DNA of 61,943 nt, filler included, from Rhabdomonas costata (Eukaryota): assembly GCA_019059605.1 (NCBI GenBank). It is 25 parts of 25 records of this genome, joined end to end, with 100 filler letters (N's around TTAATTAATTAA, not from the genome) between each part and the next. Parts side by side here need not be neighbours in the genome. Positions count along the whole stretch, not along the records: positions 39,720 to 42,100 come from JAHMHO010003701.1; positions 42,201 to 44,581 come from JAHMHO010003702.1; positions 44,682 to 47,062 come from JAHMHO010003703.1; positions 47,163 to 49,542 come from JAHMHO010003704.1; positions 49,643 to 52,023 come from JAHMHO010003705.1; positions 52,124 to 54,503 come from JAHMHO010003706.1; 19 more parts are not named here. One strand, 5' to 3'. A program made the position numbers and the translations under genes. The notes beneath the pieces are model-generated. The model searched no databases. It worked only from the letters and a program-made list of their open reading frames with translations, and was not told the DNA's origin. The stretch's first letter is position 1, and the number at the start of each line of letters is the position of its first letter. Positions 40,403 through 53,200 of this stretch are shown here, one piece after another.

Positions 40403-42100
40403 ATGACCTCGCGAAGCGTGAAGACAAGGAACCTTTCCTTGATTGCCCAGCAGTTGCTGCTGCTGCTTATGCTGCTGTGTGCTGCTTGTGTTATCAGTGA
40501 CGCAGTTTCAGCCCCAGTGAGTACACACCCACTGAACCTGCCCGTTTCTGGCAACCCCATGGCGACCCCGGAGGCCTTCTTGGGTCAGCGGTGCTACACT
40601 CGGGGGAAGTGGACTGAGGGTCCGGTGCCGAAGGGGGGTGTGGCTGGCGATTACCTCTACAACTGCGACCGCACGCCTGAGCTGAATGCGTCGCTGCGGT
40701 GGCGGAATTGGGAGGTGGAGGATCCTCTCAGGTGTGGGATTGAGCCCTGGAACACGGCCCTGCTATGCATGGTGCTCCGCGGGCGCTCCATTGTGTTCTA
40801 TGGTTCGCGCTGCATATCGTTTTTCCGGAAATATCGGAAATTTCTTTTGTGAAAAGGGGAAACAAGCCACAGCTTGTGGAAAGGGTTCTGGCGATGTAGA
40901 CACCACGACAAAGCGGTCGTATGCATTTCTGCTGGGGTCACCATGGCCACAGCAGCCTCTGCAGAGCTGACTGTGTGCCAAATCAACTCCGATCCTTCGG
41001 TGCCTTTTTGCGTTATGACCCGCACATTTAGTATTCATCCAAAGTTGCCCGTGACAATCTTTCAGATCGAAACTCGCCCACGCAGTGAATCTGGCTCTCA
41101 TCTTGGTGTCGCCCTTTTGTATCTTTCAGGGGATAGCCTGTTGCAGGACATCGCGACCTCCTTCCTGGTTGCGGTGCATGGCCGGGCTGAAGGTGAATGC
41201 ACCCCCGATCCCTTCGTTCCTTCCTCCGTTATTTGCATCCTGAATCGGACGCAGGGCCGCTTCAACATGTGATTCTTTTTTCGAAACCCTCTTCCCTTCT
41301 ATATTTCAGTTTCTTAAGCCGCCGAGCACTGAGCATTCTGCGCTGTGGTTGAAATGTATATATCTTCCTCCTCGATTACTTTGGTACGCGCAGTGCTGAA
41401 TTCTTTGTCGTGTTGCTTCGTCGGGAAATTGTCGCAGATTGAATTAGGTGAACTTGGTCGGTGGATGGCTGTCGCATTTTTGTAGTTGTCCCCGCCGCCA
41501 CCCGATTTCTTCAATTCTGTGCCTGTATCCTCCATACCTCGCCCAATGCCCCTGCCAACCTTCTTCTCTTGCCCGTGCTATGCCGCATCTTCAGTCCCCT
41601 CCCCCCGGTGGCGCCTCCACTGCCACCTCACGAGCTAGAACTCTTGGAAGTGGTCGCCGTATTCCTGGTAATGTTTGCGCGGCTCCCGCAGCCAAACACC
41701 TCCGTGCTGTTCACTGTACCGCTCAATCCCGCGGGTGTAGTAAGAATGTGTGTGTGTGTGTGTTCACAACGCTACTACTCTATCTCGCCGATAAGCATAC
41801 TTGCGTCTCCACCACCTCTTCCCCTGTCAATTTCCTGCCTCCCTTCTTTTTTCTTTTGTGCCGCTGTTCTGTGGTGGAGGACTGTTGACGATTCGGATTT
41901 GCGGTTTCACCCCCCCCCCCCAGAGCGGGTCATCGAACTGCACCCTAGCCAGCTATACTTCGTCACTTCGCCCCCGCCTGAGCGCTACTCCAAGCTCAAG
42001 GACACTGCACAGTTCCCGCTCAACTGCGATGCCTACGGCTATGGGTCGCCGCGGCAGATGATGCACGTCGTGCGTGGGGCCACCCTGTTCGAGGACCGGT
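40403..42100 (+). CDS. Secreted or signal-anchored PC-esterase / TBL-like SGNH acyl-esterase/transferase, 3'-partial; exons 40403-40802, 41130-41192, 41924-42100
   Basis: Hydrophobic N-terminus (QQLLLLLMLLCAAC), Cys/Trp-rich region (CYTRGKW..C..WRNW..C) and LRGRSIVFYG|DSL spliced across a phase-1 intron. Confidence 0.75.
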
Positions 42101-42693
42101 NNNNNNNNNNNNNNNNNNNNNNNNNNNNNNNNNNNNNNNNNNNNTTAATTAATTAANNNNNNNNNNNNNNNNNNNNNNNNNNNNNNNNNNNNNNNNNNNN
42201 TGTGGTTTGGGCGTCAAGGGAAAATGGGTGTGCATCGGCGAGGGAGGGCCGGCATCTGCGCGCGAGAGACAGACCGACTCGCAATCATCAGGGCTTGCTT
42301 CCTTGCTCTGGAGCAATGTGTTCGGCATAAGAAAAGCCGGCACAACTGTTGGTGCTGGTTTAAACCATTCGCCAGCGTGGTGGCTCACAACTCAAGTGAG
42401 GAGGAAGGTCAGTTCCATTGGGAGAAACGGAATCCTTTGTGCAACCATGTGTGAGAACGGGTGAGAGCAGGAGGTTGGAAAGGAAGTCTTGCATCGACGC
42501 CTGATCAACGGGCAACTCAACAGCTCCAGACGGCAGTAGCTGTCGGTCGAGACAACGTCCTCCCAAAGAGACCAAAACAAGTAAGCGGGCAACAGCACCG
42601 ATCACCAAATCCAGGGAACTACCTATCAAAAGAGTGCCCCCGATACAGAGAACTAGGAGCAGTTGCGCTCCAGTAGGGGAATCGCGCGCACAC

Positions 42694-44211
42694 CGGGAGC
42701 CTCCGTGACAATCTTTGGAACAACGCTGCCGGCAGAGGAGGCCCCAGTCGTGCCAAGAAGGTCCATTCCCCCTTCTCGGCTGGTAAGGGGAGAGTTCAGG
42801 GCACTCGTCACGGCCATCCTTTCGAAGATCACCTCACTGGCCTGGGAAAAGAGCGTGAACAATGGGTGGTAGTGAGCATGCAGGTGTGCGAGAGCGGAGA
42901 CAAGCCCTGAGGTTGAACGTACATTCGGTAAAACCAGAGAAAACAAGGCCCACACCTATTCGCCACAAAAGCAGATGGTTTCTCATTACGGGCAAAACTA
43001 TCGCACGTATGCTGAAGTTCACAATATTTTGGGTGCGCCATCGCCCAGCTTACCAGCTTACACGGGATACGCCACTTTTGCACGCGAAAAGGCGACCGTG
43101 CATATTTTCCAAGGCGAGAGGCTCAAGAAGGACACGACACATTATGAGGAGGTGTGCGAAGCGGTGACTCATCTTTGTATAGTATTCGTACGTTGTCTGG
43201 TGCAGGTCTGTTTCACTGACGACCTCCCGTTTTGCACCCCTCGGCGATACGGGTGGTTTGCGGGCAGACCTGAGTGAGGTCGGCGCTGTAGCGGGGATCC
43301 GCCAAGGCCTCTGCGAATCCCCGGGTGAGGTTTCTGCGAGTTACATAGCCAACCACAAGCATGTCCGAGGTGTTGTTCACCACAGGGAAGCCACTGAACT
43401 CATGGGAACGGAGCAACTCTTGGATCATCTCTGCGAGGGAAGGGACACAATAGCCCTACTGCGAGCGAAGAAGGCGCGAACAATGAACTTCCATCAGACG
43501 TATTCCAGCACCAACCTGCCACTACGGCGCTGTCCTTCCCCACCTATTCCATATGCAGCAGTAATCTTGCCATTCCATGATGATGGTAGCTGTCATCTGC
43601 GGCCAACCCTTGCCTCAATCTTCAAATGAGACCCAAGGGAGATGGGTAACGTCTTCGTGGGCAAGCTGCAGTGTAGTCTCGCATTTTGTTGTCATAAAGT
43701 GTCGTGGGAGGTTTGCTATGCAGTCTGGTGGAGTGGAACTTTACCCTGGGCCGGTGGGCAAAAACCTTCCAGCCCGAGTCCAGAATTTTCGCGAGAGCGG
43801 ATTTTTCATACCTTTTTGTATTTATGAAGCGATTTTAAAATGGATGCAGGATCAGTCCGTCAGGTTCACGTCGTGGCCGGTTTACTCTTCATTTTTTCGC
43901 AGCCGTATGCATCGCATGAGCAACAGACCTGCTCCTCAACTCGAAGCTTATGGAGCCTCTTCATCACCAGTCCCATCCAATGACACTAGTCAGGATCTTC
44001 ACGAGTGGCGATGAAGTCGGGGGGGGGGAGGATGAGCACGCCACTGACCAACAGTCTGACCACGCTCCGTCAGGGCGACCACGGACTGCCCCTTCACCAG
44101 AACTCGGGCAAAGGCCGGGGTCTTGATGTCCGCCTTGGGGTCCAGGTAGGGGTACCCCCGAAGCTGAATGTGCCGTTCGTACACGCTGCTCTTCCCCACC
44201 CACTCCGCGAC
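42694..44211 (-). CDS. CLC chloride channel/exchanger C-terminal region with CBS domain, partial; exons 44211-44049, 43430-43270, 42841-42694
   Basis: VAEWVGKSSVYERHIQLRGYPYLD and ELLRSHEFSGFPVV....LVVGYVTRRNL are typical of the CLC-3/4/5/Gef1 group. Junctions are in phase. Confidence 0.9.
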
Positions 44212-44852
44212 CTGAGCCCATGGAGTGCGCGGAGGTGGAGCAGGGAATGGGAATGGACACACGGGTACCACGGGTGACAGCGCAGGAAGGGGGAAGGTGG
44301 GCCATGACGCAAATCCCCTGAACAAGAAATACCAAAGATGCATGAAAATCCTATGCAAAGGGCCAGGGGACGATGTAATTATACCGTAGATCGGTAACGA
44401 CAATAGTACAAGAAGAGGCGACGCGGACTGGACGGGCGGACGACAGCAAGACACCTCACTAAAACACTCAGCACAAGCACACGTCGGGGCTTTCCAAACC
44501 ACTTCCTGGCTTTTCTGATGGGAGCCAATGCTGTAAGGCAGAGCACACTCCACACCCATTTGCTTGAGATCACCACCCACCNNNNNNNNNNNNNNNNNNN
44601 NNNNNNNNNNNNNNNNNNNNNNNNNTTAATTAATTAANNNNNNNNNNNNNNNNNNNNNNNNNNNNNNNNNNNNNNNNNNNNTGTTTTTTTGGACATTGCA
44701 ACAGCGACTACAATTTCCCTAAACTGATGCAACCGCTTGCTTTATGTCCTTTCTTGTAAGCTCCCTCCAGTACCACGTCTCTGCACTGCTGGCGTATTTT
44801 TCACATTCTCCACATTTTCACCCACAACACCAGTCTCCTCCCCAAAGCATAC

Positions 44853-45920
44853 TATTTCAAAGGCCTGGTTGCGAGCCCTAAAGCACCGGGCCACCCAGAG
44901 TGCGATCCTCCGTACTCGGACGAAGTACTGCCGTACTCGCACCACGAACAGCCCCAAGGAGGAGCACGTGAAGCGCAGGAAGTTGGCCAACACGATGACC
45001 TCCTTCCGGGGGTTAAAGGCCTCCTCAGTAGGGAGATACCTGCAATTAATTAAGAAGTCCAGCCAGGAAAGCCTTGGCAAAACAATGGACCTGTGTGGAC
45101 CACTCAAACTAGACGGACGCATGTTCCCAAACTCAGCACCCCCATTAGGACCTGCCACAGCACCTGCTCTCATGCGTTGTCCACTTCACAAAAAAAAAAC
45201 TCATAAAACTCACAGAAGTTTGTGCGAAACCAGGCGTTTTCGGACTTAGCTAGCTAAAGCTATTGGGGGTGATGAAAATTCTGGGTTCCCCTGCATATAG
45301 GTTGTGCAGTCACCATGGCACAGCCCGATAGCAGTTGTAACGATAAAATCAAGCTGCACTCTTTCTTACTGAAGAATGGCTTCGTGGGGAAGAGCCTTCT
45401 ACTTGTCCCTCCTGTGACAGCGGGGTATGTGGGTGTAAGAGGCTTTCTGTATCCACAAAATAAAGAATAATGCTATCCTCTTGACTTATGGGGCTCGGGC
45501 TTATTATTATTGCCAAAAAAATGGTTTCTTTCACGACTACGTCGACTTCGGCAATGGTGCATATGCCAAAACTGTGACCATTCCTGGGAAGATGCATCGG
45601 TCCTTTCTTTCCCCTCCTTCCCCTCGACCTCCACAACGAAGTCAATTTCATGCTCGGACACGCCCACGCCTGTTCAGCAATTCATCACGGGAAGGTGAGG
45701 AGACGGGATTTAAGGAAAGAGGGTTTCTTTTTGCGCCGGTGTTATTTTGGAAGGGCTCCTTTTCGCTGCAGTTTGGTCTGCTGGTATGTGAGCAATACCG
45801 CAGCCGGTGCACAGCAGCAAAGTCCTGGATAAAGTCCTTCTGGACTTTCGTTGGACGGTGCATGTTTTCTGCCCGAAGCAGTCCCGTCGTGGAGTCCAGC
45901 AGCAAGTCCAGGTTGGCCAT
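44853..45920 (-). CDS. Unknown protein, probable first two exons (45920-45799, 45039-44853)
   Basis: MANLDLLLDSTTG...FAAVHRLR|YLPTEEAFNPRKEVIVLANFLRF...; GTATTG donor and TGCAG acceptor join in phase 2. Confidence 0.55.
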
Positions 45921-48900
45921 TTTCCGCCTTTCTCAGTCCCGTCCCCCCCCAAAAAAAGAGAAAGATGTGTGTGTGTGTGTCTGTGCGTGTATGTGAGTAT
46001 GATTCAGAGAGAGGACAAGGGTGTGGATCTCTGCACACGAAAACCACACCCACCGACGCAAACGGGAACTCAACACAGTCACAACCCACAAAAGGGCCCA
46101 AAAGAGGGAAAGGAGGAAAAGAACGTAACGCAAACGAAGGTACCAGAATAGAGCCTGAGAAAGGCGGGAAGAGGGGGGGGGATCGGCAAGACAAATGGGA
46201 TGCCTTCTCAGAGGAGAAACCACAAAACCAAGGCACACACGGCGCGCTGAGCACGTACACCCACACACACACACTTGGTGCACTGCGCACCTGGAGAGGG
46301 TGTATTTTTTTCTGCGGAGGACACAAAGTCCACCCCCCCACACACACACATGCAGACTGCGAGCAAAAGAAGGTTTTGGTGACCTTTTTAGCCTCCAGCG
46401 GTTTTCGCATCCCTGGTACGGATCACCCCTCTGCTGCTGGGTGGAGGCTCTTGGGAAACCTCAAGCACGCATTAACTTGCGGGTCTTGGGAGCTGCAACC
46501 CTCTGGGCGCGCCCCGATTTTTGGAACTGGTGGCCTCTGTTCGACATTCTTCACTCACGCACACGTACCCATACACAACCACTTTCGGGTTGTAGGTGGA
46601 AAGAATATCAAAAAGCAAAAAAGCAAGCACACGCTTGCACACACACATAAGCTCGCAATCTCCGTTCTCTTCTTTCGCATTTCATATCCGCACCAAACGC
46701 CTCATTTGCGCGCCCACTTCCCACCACATGTACCCCCTTCCACTTCAGTCTTTTCCCTTGCACAACTCTCCTTGCGCAGGAAAGGCCCCCGTTTCCCTCC
46801 ACTCCCAGCTTTAAGTCGTCGTAAGAGCAAGGTTTTGTGCAGTACGTCTAGGAAAGTGAGAGGAACGCACCAACAACAGTGCGAAGTGAGAAATTGGAGC
46901 ACAGTTGTGGTTTCATTACCTTTCATTAACATAACATGCACGACTTACGTATACTAACAGTGTCCTCTCCGCAGACGTCACCTGACATGAGAGCAGTTTG
47001 GTGTCAGATTCAGAGGCCCCAAGCTAACCTGGTTCTTTAAAGGAAAAGAAACGCTAAACCCCNNNNNNNNNNNNNNNNNNNNNNNNNNNNNNNNNNNNNN
47101 NNNNNNTTAATTAATTAANNNNNNNNNNNNNNNNNNNNNNNNNNNNNNNNNNNNNNNNNNNNGGGTTGGGGGCGTGTCGGTCGGTGTTGTTCACTTTGGG
47201 GGCGGTTACGGTTAGCAGTCTGTGAAGGTGTTATGCGTGCGGGAAAAAAACGGGGGATAACGTGCGGAGGAGGGCGGAAAGGTTCAATCAGGACAATGAA
47301 CGGCACCACTTGTGACCATCTCTGCTATTGGGCACTAAGTCATTCAAGCTGCGCAATGGACCTTTCCAGCCGATTTGCCAGCATCATTTTTACCGTGCAA
47401 ACCTCTGTGTGCGGACCTCTGTTGCCCCCCAAGTTCATTTGTTCCGGACGGTTTGCCTTATGGCAACAACTTTATTAATAACGCGTCACGTCAACGCTTA
47501 AGTTGCCCGCTGCGGCCATGCCGGATGCGCTCCGAGGCACCGCCCTCAGCCCCCAAAACTGATATATATGCCCCCCTTTGCTCGCTGGTTTTTGGCGGCA
47601 ATCCAACCTCAGCTTCCACCCGTCAAAAACATGGCAAGTAAAAGTGTCAGATTTCCAGTCCGTTTTCTGTGATCACTGGAAAGGCACCAATAGTGAAGTA
47701 ATGCTGAATTGCCACGCAACCGTTAAAATGTCCCGATTTGGAAATCCCCTTGCATGGCAGCCGGTGTGCGGGGAGACGGGGGATGGTACGCGAATGCATT
47801 TTACATGTAAAATCAGGTTATCCAACTCCGTCTCGTCTGCTAAGCAACTGAGGAAGGCATATCCGTTTATTGCACAAACTGGAGCCCTGCAGAAAAGGTG
47901 CTATACCAAGCGGAATGTGTCACAGGGTCTGGAAAGCAAACCGAGAGTAACCAGAGAGGCGTATTTAGCTCACCCTCTTTGATCGCAGCATGTTCCATGA
48001 CAGGTAATGCGGGCAGGCGTGGCTTCCGAAGGAGCTGCCCTCAGCTCTCAACGAGTTCAGCGAGGCAGAGGGGGTGTGCGACGGGGTATCTTCCGGCATA
48101 CTTGACGACCCAGCGAGGGCTGTTGGGCCATGGTGACCTGGAGTCGAACAACAGACGACTTGTGGCTGGAAAACGGCTGCTGAAGGGGAGGGAGATAAGC
48201 CTGCTGAGCAATGATGTGGCAGCGGGGTAGGAATTGGGTTGGGGAGAGCCGTGGCAAAGGTGGGCAACGCGATAGGCTGCGGCTCCAGAGACGGCTGCGC
48301 AAGATACTGGAACCCTTCGCAAGGGCAGGATAGGTATGCCCTGCTGTTGCTCCGAAGCCGAAGCTGACGAGCACGGATGAGGTCTGCATGAATCGCGGAG
48401 AGACTGGGTACGCAGAGCTTGGCTGGTGGGGCATCCGCGAAGCACGGGCGCAGGGCACCCTGCAGCAAATGACCGGGGGATAAAGGCATTCAATAAAATG
48501 AAATAAAGTGAGAGATGGAGCAATAAAACAATAGTAGTGGATAGAAGTGGATAAACCAGCGGCAGGGTGAGAAAGTAAAGGAAGACAAAGGTGAAACCGC
48601 TCAAAAGCCTGAAACAAAAAAGAGAATCATCGCCAAATACGTTTGGCTGGGTATGTGAGGGCAGCAACGGTGGGAAAAAATTGAACTGAGAACAAATTTG
48701 AATTTGCAGCAAAAGCAAATGTTAAATATCAGTGTTGCGAGGTTAGCATCCAAACCCTAAAACCAATTTCGCCGTGACCTTCGAGATGCCTTTCTGCAAA
48801 CGCACAAGAAAACAATTCCCGGGAAAAACAATTTCCTGGTGGTGGGAACTGCTGAGCTACGCACTGTCTGAAGCCACATAAGGATTCCCTTGAGGGACGA

Positions 48901-49930
48901 GGTCAAGAAACCTCCACGGAAGGAATGCAAGAAACATCAAAAACGTCACGATCGGCATGTTCAGGACAACAGATCGCGACAGTGATGCAAAAGGCATTGG
49001 CACGTGAGTTGCCCCCACCTAAAGCTTCTGGGGCAACGCTGACACGCCACTCGGGTTGACAAGTATATACGCCCGCAACACAGAGAGAAAACGTGGACGT
49101 AAGGGTGGCCTGCCCTGTCAGCGGGTGGGGACGATTATACATCACAAGCATAATCGTCAGTCACCCAGAGAGTGCTCACCGCGGAAACTCTGAAAGGCTT
49201 CAGCAACAAACAGCATGCTATACGTTGCGGACGCCAGAAAAGGGCGAGTGATATATAGAGGGGGGGGGGCAACGGGACCCGAGTGATTACGTGCACAATA
49301 CCATGTACAACACCCTCATCGAAGTGCGGTGAGGGGACAAATAGCGAGAGCAAGAGGGAGCATGCACGCAAACCTGATTCCAGGTGCTTCCGCACGACCG
49401 ACGTAAAGACTCCAACATTTGAACTCCACGCTAAACTTCTAACGGAAGAGAAGAGAGGAACGGTAGATGAATGGAAGTAGACGAAGAACGATGCCTGGCT
49501 TCGGAGAACGAGAAAGCCGCACACCGCGGGAGCCCAAAAACANNNNNNNNNNNNNNNNNNNNNNNNNNNNNNNNNNNNNNNNNNNNTTAATTAATTAANN
49601 NNNNNNNNNNNNNNNNNNNNNNNNNNNNNNNNNNNNNNNNNNCCACAACGCGCGCCGCTCCTCAGTCAACGCCTTAACATATGAAAGTGTTGTATAAGAA
49701 TGGTGGCATAAGGGCGGTAAGGGAACTGCGTTCGACTGTGCCTATGGGTGTTGGTTGGGTGTGGGAAACCCGACCTTTTTACGATTCTTTTTCATGTGAC
49801 ATGTACTCTTGTGACAAGTCATGCAGGTAACGCAGAGATGTGTGTTAGTTTTTGGTTGTGAAAATGCAAAAGAGTCTCTGTTGCATAAGGACACGTTACT
49901 TTCCTTGTAACTTTCCGGAGGAAGCCATAC

Positions 49931-50230
49931 TTGAGCACAACGTCTTGAACGAAGAGTCCGATACGTAGTTGTAAGTGGTATCCTGCACAAACCAGGGATC
50001 AGTAAGCAGGTCAGGAGTCATGACGTCCTGGGTGTTATAGGCGTAGTAGTACCCAGAACCAAGCGCGTACGAAATCCCCCAACCCACTCCAGTGAAGTAC
50101 AGGGTGTAGTAATTGGTCGAGCTGGAGTAGTACGTTCGGTTCCCGTGCATTCCGCTCACGTGGTAAGTGTCGACAATCCACGGGGTGGCGATTTCCTTGC
50201 TTCCCGTGACAGAAATGTTGCACGTAAAAC
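49931..50230 (-). CDS. Single 300-nt exon encoding an uncharacterised Tyr/Trp/Gly-rich, probably extracellular module
   Basis: Reads FTCNISVTGS...DTYHVSGMHGNRTYY...TLYFTGVGWGIS...YYYAY...TPD...PWFVQ...TLCS, with a GTGCAG acceptor and GTATGG donor, both phase 1. Confidence 0.65.
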
Positions 50231-53200
50231 CTGCACGAATACGGAAGAGGCATGCCGGAGAGGGGCACAATGACAGTGACAACATTTTTGGACTGATGCA
50301 GGTGCGCGAGTCATCCTGCCAGCATTTGCTGTGCCCCTGACTCCACATTTTCGCTGAGATGGCAATCCCTTCTGCCATCTCGCCGCAACCCTGAGAACTG
50401 GTGTGCGCCCGGGTGGGGCATACCACCAAGGAGCCATGTATTTCACCCAGCCATGAAATGGTCGATATCATGGCGAGCGAATTTTCCTATATCTGTGGCT
50501 TCACAGGTAAGAAACCCCCAGCCAGAAAACCAGTTGAAATGCAACACCGGCCTTTCGAATCCTACTTGTTTACGTAATTATCCAGCTCAGTGCTTGCATT
50601 TCAGAGGACTATTTCGCATGGCAAAATCCCAATATCCTTGCATCAAAAAGTGAGCAAAATATCGGTGTCGAAATCGTTAAATTCGGTGTGAGACTAATAC
50701 GCTTCGTCGGCTTAAAGAGTTTGCGCAGGCTGATCACGTAGACGAGGATGTGGTGTTGGGCCGCTCCTAAAACGCCCGCAACCCCATGCAAATGGTATCC
50801 AGAATAACAATTTCACCCTCTTCCCATCTTCCCGCTTGTCTTACGTTGGCAGTGTCGAGCCTCAATGCACTCTCCCGCCGAAGACCAGATCGAGCGGCCG
50901 CTGAGCCCGACGTTTTTCTTATGACAGCCGCTGTGAATGCCCCGATAACACTTAAAAGACTCTCACAGTGGGGCTAATCCGACTTCATCAGTTCCACCAC
51001 GATTCATTCAAGCTCCTATAATTCCGGCAGTTAGTCAGACTTTACCGCGTGCTGTGGGGTTTATCCAGGGGAGACGTTCAACGCCCTCAAGGCCCTCAAC
51101 AGGCCCTTTGTTAGTGTCGTTTGTGCTAATCGGTTCCCTCGCTTCAGTGCCAAAAAAACCAGTTCCTTGCTTGACCCACTCACCCCATACACAGCTTGGC
51201 TTTTCCACCCTCAGGCACACGGTTGCGGAGGCCGCCGTGAGCATTCTTCAAGATTTCGCCCCAGTAATATTCGTCGTGTCACCATCAGATCAAAGGGAAA
51301 TACCTCAGGCCAATATGGGATCCATGCTGATTGGTCGAAGGGATATAATACAATTCAGGGCCCTTAATTTTGGTTTCTCTCGTGAGGCATTTTGGGGCTG
51401 GTAGGCGGATCGTACGTACCCTTTGAGGAGTTTGAAATTGAAGTGCAAATGCCCATGGTCTGGAGTAGCTGGACGATCGTTCCAGTTCATAAGTTTATGA
51501 AGCTGAGGGACATGCTTCCAGGAAACAGAACAACAAACGCACATAATCATCAAAACACGGGCAGGACAACAAACCTTCAACAGCAGCTCTCGGAAGCAAC
51601 GCCGCCAGAACAAAGAAAAGGAGCACAAAAAGGCAACGCTCGAACGATGTCAATGTGTTCATAGCTGCGACAAAGGCAGACAAAGGAAAGTTGCTGAATA
51701 AGAAGTCATCATGTCGCTGTTGATGCCAGAGTCGCTGGCATGTGGAACCGAAAGGTAAGCGATAAAAAGACTCATAATACGTGATCAGGTTCTCATGATT
51801 AACGTCGGCCCCCACCCACCCGCATGCATCAGGAACCCAGCAATTTCTGACACACTATCGCCATTTCGTAAGTATCACTGTCTGATCCCTTGCATAACCT
51901 ATACCCTCTTCCAGTGAACAAGTACAACCATGTCCAAAGTAGGTGCCGAAGTTCGGGAAAGCACAGGAAAAAATGAGCTAGTCCAGCTGCGCTGGTGGAT
52001 GCACCCAACACAAAACACCACAANNNNNNNNNNNNNNNNNNNNNNNNNNNNNNNNNNNNNNNNNNNNTTAATTAATTAANNNNNNNNNNNNNNNNNNNNN
52101 NNNNNNNNNNNNNNNNNNNNNNNGTTGGTGTTGGACCAAAGCCGATGAACCCCAGAAGCAAAGCAAACAGCAGCAGATGAAGAAGAGCAAGAATACTTTT
52201 CGACCACAAAAGTTGGAAGTGGTATCTATTAGCGCTCGCGGACCTTGTAGTTTGAACATCAGTAGTGCGCACTGTTTTCCGCGCCTTTTTCGTCATTTTA
52301 TGATCCCGTGTGACAAATGGACCCAAGAAAAATTTGCATTTTGTGCTTCGGCTTTCCAATTAGGTGCGGGTGTTTGCAAGTGCTGAAAGTTTATTTATAT
52401 AACATAAAGGCTTCTTTAGGTAACCATATCACTAAATCTTCTGCGGCGTTGTATCGCTCACACTCCAAGATTGCAAATGTGAACAGAAGCCTCCCAGAAG
52501 TCTGCATCAACGTGTCATCCAAAAATTGTGTCTGTGATTGGTAGTGGTAACTCTCAATTGTTGCTCTTTTGTTGTGGGCGTCTAAGATGTAGTGATGGTG
52601 AAGAGTTTTGCGACGTAGTTGTGGATTTTAATAAAGTGGTAAGTCATCTTAAGTTAGAGAAATAAACAGCGTGAGCACTTATGGGAGCAGACATCCAAAC
52701 TTACATTAGTATTACTCCACACGTAAGTATCACTCCAAACGTTACCTGTTAGGTTAGATCCATCACACAATGTCGTATGTTTGGCTATAATAATTCGCTG
52801 ACGATGTTTTCTAGCGCTTAAAAATTGCTTTGAATGAATTATCATTTAAGAAAATGTTACGCTTTAAGCCGTACAGAGCCCATACAGAGTGAAATCTGCG
52901 TGCTACAGCGCCATTTGACTAGCACAATCTCTGATGCCCAGAAAAATGAGACAGTTAATAAGGGGAATACGTCCGCAAAAAGACCCGCAGTTCCACTATT
53001 AGAATCGTAACACCGGTAACGCTCTGCCTTGGGCACTAGATTTCCAGATTATAATGGAGCAGAGGAAGCTACGTGACGCCGCTGCAATCAAGTATGCTCA
53101 CATAGCCTTGGTGGAAAATTTCATTGTGCTGCTCCAGAATTACGAGGAGTTCGATACTTTTGATCGTTATTCCAGGAGCTTAAGCGCCACACATTCGAGT

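Noticed and set aside
45742-46957. Long ORFs of 368 aa (plus) and 222 aa (minus) in the ORF track
   Set aside because: They run through microsatellites and low-complexity sequence upstream of a minus-strand gene and show no protein-like motifs.
47965-48718. Three overlapping open minus-strand frames
   Set aside because: A GC-rich exon may be present, but I could not choose a frame or recognise a product.
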